Origin: Azolla caroliniana
Taxonomy: Eukaryota > Plantae > Polypodiophyta
Length of the DNA: 64,000 bases
Assembly: GCA_043228905.1 (NCBI GenBank)
Contig: JBHGNT010000001.1
Location: 7,316,001-7,380,000, forward strand
Direction of reading: 5' to 3'
Position numbers and translations under genes: made by a program. Below, one piece after another: positions 59,249-64,000 of the stretch (position 1 is its first letter; each line of letters starts with the position of its first letter). The notes under the pieces were generated by a model, which had not been told where the DNA came from, did not search any database, and was given only the letters and a program-made list of their open reading frames with translations.

Positions 59249-60536
59249 GTACAGTGTACTATATTGCAATCATCTCCCTATGTTTGTTATCCATATAAAT
59301 AAGGTTTGTTGTAAAAGGAAATTCACCATCAACAAATTGGTCGACCACTAAATGTGTGTTTTGTCCTAAATATTTCCTATTTATGATTAATAAACCATGA
59401 ATCAACCCTAAGAAGCGTTTATAGAGTATTAATTATGTAAAAGTCTATTAGATTTGAAAATATTAGTGGTGAATGGGTAATTCCAAAAAATTAAGCAATT
59501 TCTATTATTTTATAAAATTGAAGAGCATCCAAGTTACTTGTTATGAGTTGCTTTTACCTATACATACTATGATCAGATGGAAAATAGAGATAAGCCCAAC
59601 TAGAGAGAGACTATAGATAAGTTCGGTACCTATTTTCTTGATTATAATATTACTTTAAAAGCATTAGTCTCCATATTATATCTCCTTGAAGATTCTTTAG
59701 ATTGTCTTTTTGAAGTGTATGAATATCACGAGGAGCTCGATAGATTGACAAAGAGAATATATTATCATGCTTGAAGATCAAATATGGCCTATGAGAGAGA
59801 GACAACCATGTGAACTTTATACATTATGCGTTAGAATATTTATATATTCTTGGTCAAGTACTTTAAAGGACATCTATAGTAAAGAAGCCATTCTATTGAC
59901 TCTTTTCAGATGTCTTTGAAAATATTTTCTATATAACCCTTATATTATTAATTCTTTTTTAATAGATGCGATCTCATTTGAATTACATGAGTACTGACTT
60001 GATGAAATAAAATGGTTTTTTCCAATTCCTAAACACATGATCCCTCATGGCTACTCTAGTAACTTCAATTTTAATGATATAAAGAAATCCCCATCACTAC
60101 ATTCACAACAAAGCAACAAAAGAAATTGTGCGAATGTTAGAATGGTCGGACAGAAAACGGATTAGTTTTTTGTTCGGAACATGTGAGATCAGCACAATAA
60201 TGTGTGGATTGTTTATCGTTGGCAAACATTTTCAGATAGACAAACTACATACTACATTTCATAGTTGTATACTTCACACACATAGAATGCATGCAATGGT
60301 CTAGCTTTAGAGCTCCCATCTCCATCTTGCTAGTCTTATTATTTAGATTCCTTACCTTTTGTATCTTGTCATTATCTTTTGTTCTAGATACTTGGAGCAT
60401 ACACTCTCATTACCACTAACTCTAAAGTCTCTTTTGATTATCTTTACCTTTTATATATGATTTGTCATTTTTTTTGTTTTAGATACACGGCACACACATT
60501 AGTACATGCTTTGACTCATATGCTACGTTTGATCTT

Positions 60537-60546
60537 GTGTCGACAT
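60537..60546. promoter_or_regulatory. Perfect match to the zinc deficiency response element (ZDRE, RTGTCGACAY)
   Basis: GTGTCGACAT, intergenic between the HMA stop and the Elongin-B-like gene; function unproven. Confidence 0.3.
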
Positions 60547-61327
60547 AAAACAATCCCCCCCTCCTCTCTTTCTCTCTCTCTCTCTCTTGCATTAATTGAA
60601 TACCATACAATAAGGGAATGGACAATATCACACAATCACTATATGTATAATGTTAAATTTGAAGATATATTCATTATATTTCCTTTTTGGTTTGATCTTA
60701 TCAGTTGCAACCATAATACTTCATTTGCACACCTTCCCACATCCTCTATTTCTCAATATTTCTCTAGCTTTTTCTTCTAAACAAAAATAATATTAGTGAC
60801 CTCAAAAAATGTTAAAGTGGAACATACATATAGCATGTGCCCCCTTTGAATGGTGGACGGAGATGGCTAGACTACCTCTTGTTTTCTGTAAAGGGTATTG
60901 TATGAATTGAATATAATATAGAGCTCATACATCCAATATATGTACATCCACTTCAACATATATCCTTCCCACGGTTCGATCTTATCAGTAGTTACCACAT
61001 ACAAGATGTACATGTGTGATATATGTATTATTCCCTCCATGTTTTATCATTATTTCGAGTTATCTTTCATTTTCCTATCTATATTATTCTTTATTTATAG
61101 AAGCACAACAAAACAATACATCTTGTATAATCAAACAAGAAAGAATTGGAAAAACAAGTATTTTCTATTGGTTTAGAAAAAAGCTTTTCCATGAACCTTA
61201 CATTTTATTTTATTTTATTCCAAAAAATCCATGAACCTTACATTAATGTGGAGAACAATAATCATCATCACATAAAGCGTAAGGTTAGAATGGGATGTTT
61301 GATAATATTGCTTGCAATTTTGTTTAG

Positions 61328-61390
61328 GTAATTGGCAATGAGAGGACATTGATATCGCGAACATGATTTATTAAAAAGAAGATTCTAAGT
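61328..61390 (+). pseudogene. Orphan degenerate copy of the last exon of the Elongin-B-like gene
   Basis: ttgcaattttgtttag|gtaattggcaatgagaggacattgat aligns with 63607-63686; TGG->TGA stop plus a further TAA. Confidence 0.8.
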
Positions 61391-61943
61391 TATCAATCTC
61401 GTATATCGATGTAGCCACAAGTGTAGTTTACGTTAACACGTCTAAATTCGCTTTATGTTTTCTTACTTTATTATTTATATTTGTTTATTGAGTTAGGTTT
61501 TGTTAATTGATGTTTTGATCACTTGTTAGAATGGAATGTTCAAATAAAATTCCAATGTTCTGGGAGCTACCATCATTGTTACCCCTTCTCATTACAATAA
61601 AATACAATGCCACCAGAAATAATACATTGTCGTTTTGATTCAGTTTCATTTTTATTTTGGATTTCAAGTAAATAAAGCGAAGTTTACAACGTCATTAAGT
61701 TGTATAAGCTTATGCTAAATTGTTTGAAATAAGATACATATATAATTTATGACTTTGTACCAAGGTATCTTAGATTTATTTTTCACTTTTTGATGGGGCC
61801 TATAAGGTACAGTTGATTGATAGGGAGTGATTGGAACTTATCACATATTGGCTATAAAAGACGAGATTATCATATAGGAGCTAAGGTAAAGGGTCGCTGA
61901 CGATTTGTAGCTCTTGAAGTGATTTACAAGAAAATTTGGTAGT

Positions 61944-63686
61944 ATGGTGAGTATGGCTAGAAATCATGGTCGTGCTTACTATATGCTCCCATTGCAATGA
62001 TCATTATCTGAACTTCTATGTATGCCAGGCTATGTATGTTCGAGTCAAGAGACAAAAGACCACATACTTTATACGTTGCAATCCCTTTGACAAGGTGCAA
62101 GACGTCAAGTCCAAACTTCATGCACTCACACATTATGCTATTGGAGATCAACGACTCATACTATTAGACTCGCATCATGTTCTTGTCGATGCATGCATGT
62201 TATCTCATCAACAGGTATTTTACCATCATTTAATATTATATTTATGCTTTGTGATATCGTACAAAATGTAGTTTTATGATGATACTCTCTTAATAAGTGC
62301 AATATTAATTAGAAGGTTCCCTACTATGTTGAGGATACAAAGCTTGAATGAGAAGTATCATGTTTTTATCCTAATAAATTGCAAGCTTGTAACAAAGCAT
62401 GTTTGGGATATACAAAACTCAAAGGAAAATTCTCTTTAGAAAGTAGACTTACATAGCTTTGTAAATATAGGACACGAGACTTTTCTAATGATTCAATCTA
62501 ATGACCTCTTTGTATCAAAAGCTCACATTACCGTAATAATCTAAATGTGGCCCCATTCTCATCACATTAAACCTCATTATTTTGATCAATAGAACTAGTG
62601 TTTATTGCTACAATTTTTTATGGTTTTGGTTTTGGTAAAATGTCTTCATTCTCTCAAATAAACTCAATATGAATTGTCATTAGGACCGTGCCTGCAACCT
62701 TAATGACTAGATATGGTTCATGTCTTCTTTTATAAACTTGGTATTTGAACGTATGTTATATACTTCAATGGCCAAACTCTATTTGGGTGTGACACTAAGG
62801 AGAATTATAGATAGTAAATGTTCATGCTTATTGAAAGTAATGGCCATGTAGACATCAAAACCCAATTTATTCAAGTAGGACCCAATATTATGATATATTG
62901 ACATACCTTTGGCCTCCTCTCTTATACAAGGGTTTGTCAACTTTCTTGGATGTTTTAAACTCTTCAAAACAAAGCCTAAGGGAAATTGAATAGTTGTAGT
63001 TATTCATATTTGCCCCCATCAAGGATCATGTCTAAATGACCCTAATGTAGTTGGAATAGGTGTATAACTCTAATCTAAGTTACGGATATTGTTGTCAATT
63101 ACTACCTTTAAAACACACTTTGAGGATCATTATTGAATTATTCATAGTTGGAATAGGTGTATGATCCCAATCTAAGTTATGAATGTTGTTGTCAATGACT
63201 ATCTTTGAAACATACTTTAAGCGTTGCTCTTTTCACAATATTTGTTATACGCATGCAATTGGCACATTTACTACGAACATGCTAATGAACAATTGAAGAT
63301 GAAGTAACGTTAGAGACATGCATTATTCCCTATAGAATGGAGATAAAGATGATAAAGTTATTATGTTGTTATATTCAACATGATGTTTTGATTTTGATTT
63401 CCATCATAGCTTCCATATTATTCATATTGAGTAGAGTCAACTTACTTGTACTTTCTTCTACTTAAGCAACTAATCTATGTCAATCTTTTTCCTAGGTTGA
63501 AAATGGATCAGTTTTAGCTTTAACTTTGAGGAAAGGTAAGAAATGTCTATACAAGATTGTGTAAAACAACATGTTTTTTCCTAATTTTATATCTGATAAT
63601 GTTGTTTGCAATTTTGTTTAGGTAATGGGCAATGGGAGGACATAGATATTGCAAACATGAATAATTACAAAGAAGATTCTGATTGA
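61944..63686 (+). CDS. Elongin-B-like ubiquitin-fold protein, 97 aa, 4 exons (61944-61946, 62029-62214, 63496-63535, 63622-63686)
   Basis: MAMYVRVKRQKTTYFIRC...DQRLIL...Q|VENGSVLALTLRK|GNGQWEDIDI; canonical splice sites; TATAAAA at 61853. Confidence 0.85.
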
Positions 63687-64000
63687 TCAATCTCATACAT
63701 CTATGTCAGCACATATAGAGTTTGCTTTAGTAATAAAATATCTTATCCTTTGCCTATCTTATAAAGAAGATCTAACTTGATCTTTTCCCTCCTTTCATAA
63801 TCCCAAACTTAAAAACATCTGAATTCACTTTTTTGCTTTTTTTTATCTTATTATTCACTTATGTTTTGTTAATCAATGTTTTTATTTATTTATTCACTTA
63901 TGCTTTGTCTCAATGTTTTAATTTGTTTATAGCGGCAGAACAATGTTCCCTTTCTAGTGACTTTGTGACTAAAATATGCCAATTAGAAAGTATGTTATTC

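Overview
Land-plant nuclear DNA; the style of the PPR gene and the transposons suggests a fern or other non-seed plant, which is an inference. Positions 1-22.3 kb are a young retrotransposon nest. An intact Ty1/Copia element (293-bp LTRs, ACTGG target-site duplication, TSD) sits inside the extra ORF of a non-chromovirus Ty3/Gypsy element. A second, nearly identical Copia copy lacks its 3' LTR and polypurine tract (PPT) and is joined at a CATG directly to the first ATG of the Gypsy gag-pol; its 5' LTR abuts an RTE-X-like LINE. Positions 23.5-28 kb hold two 5'-truncated L1 LINEs with clear TSDs. The rest is AT-rich host DNA with five + strand genes: an F-group (bZIP19/23-like) zinc-sensor bZIP, a PLS-E PPR, a CAD-like dehydrogenase, a P1B-2 Zn/Cd ATPase with an unusual ~260-aa His-rich N-terminal extension, and an Elongin-B-like ubiquitin-fold protein. 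Many short tandem duplications, MITE-like elements and L1 tails lie between them. The best leads are the Copia-Gypsy chimeric junction, the Gypsy extra ORF, the HMA N-terminal His/Cys module, and the linkage of the zinc sensor and zinc pump. All exon models and alignments were made by eye.
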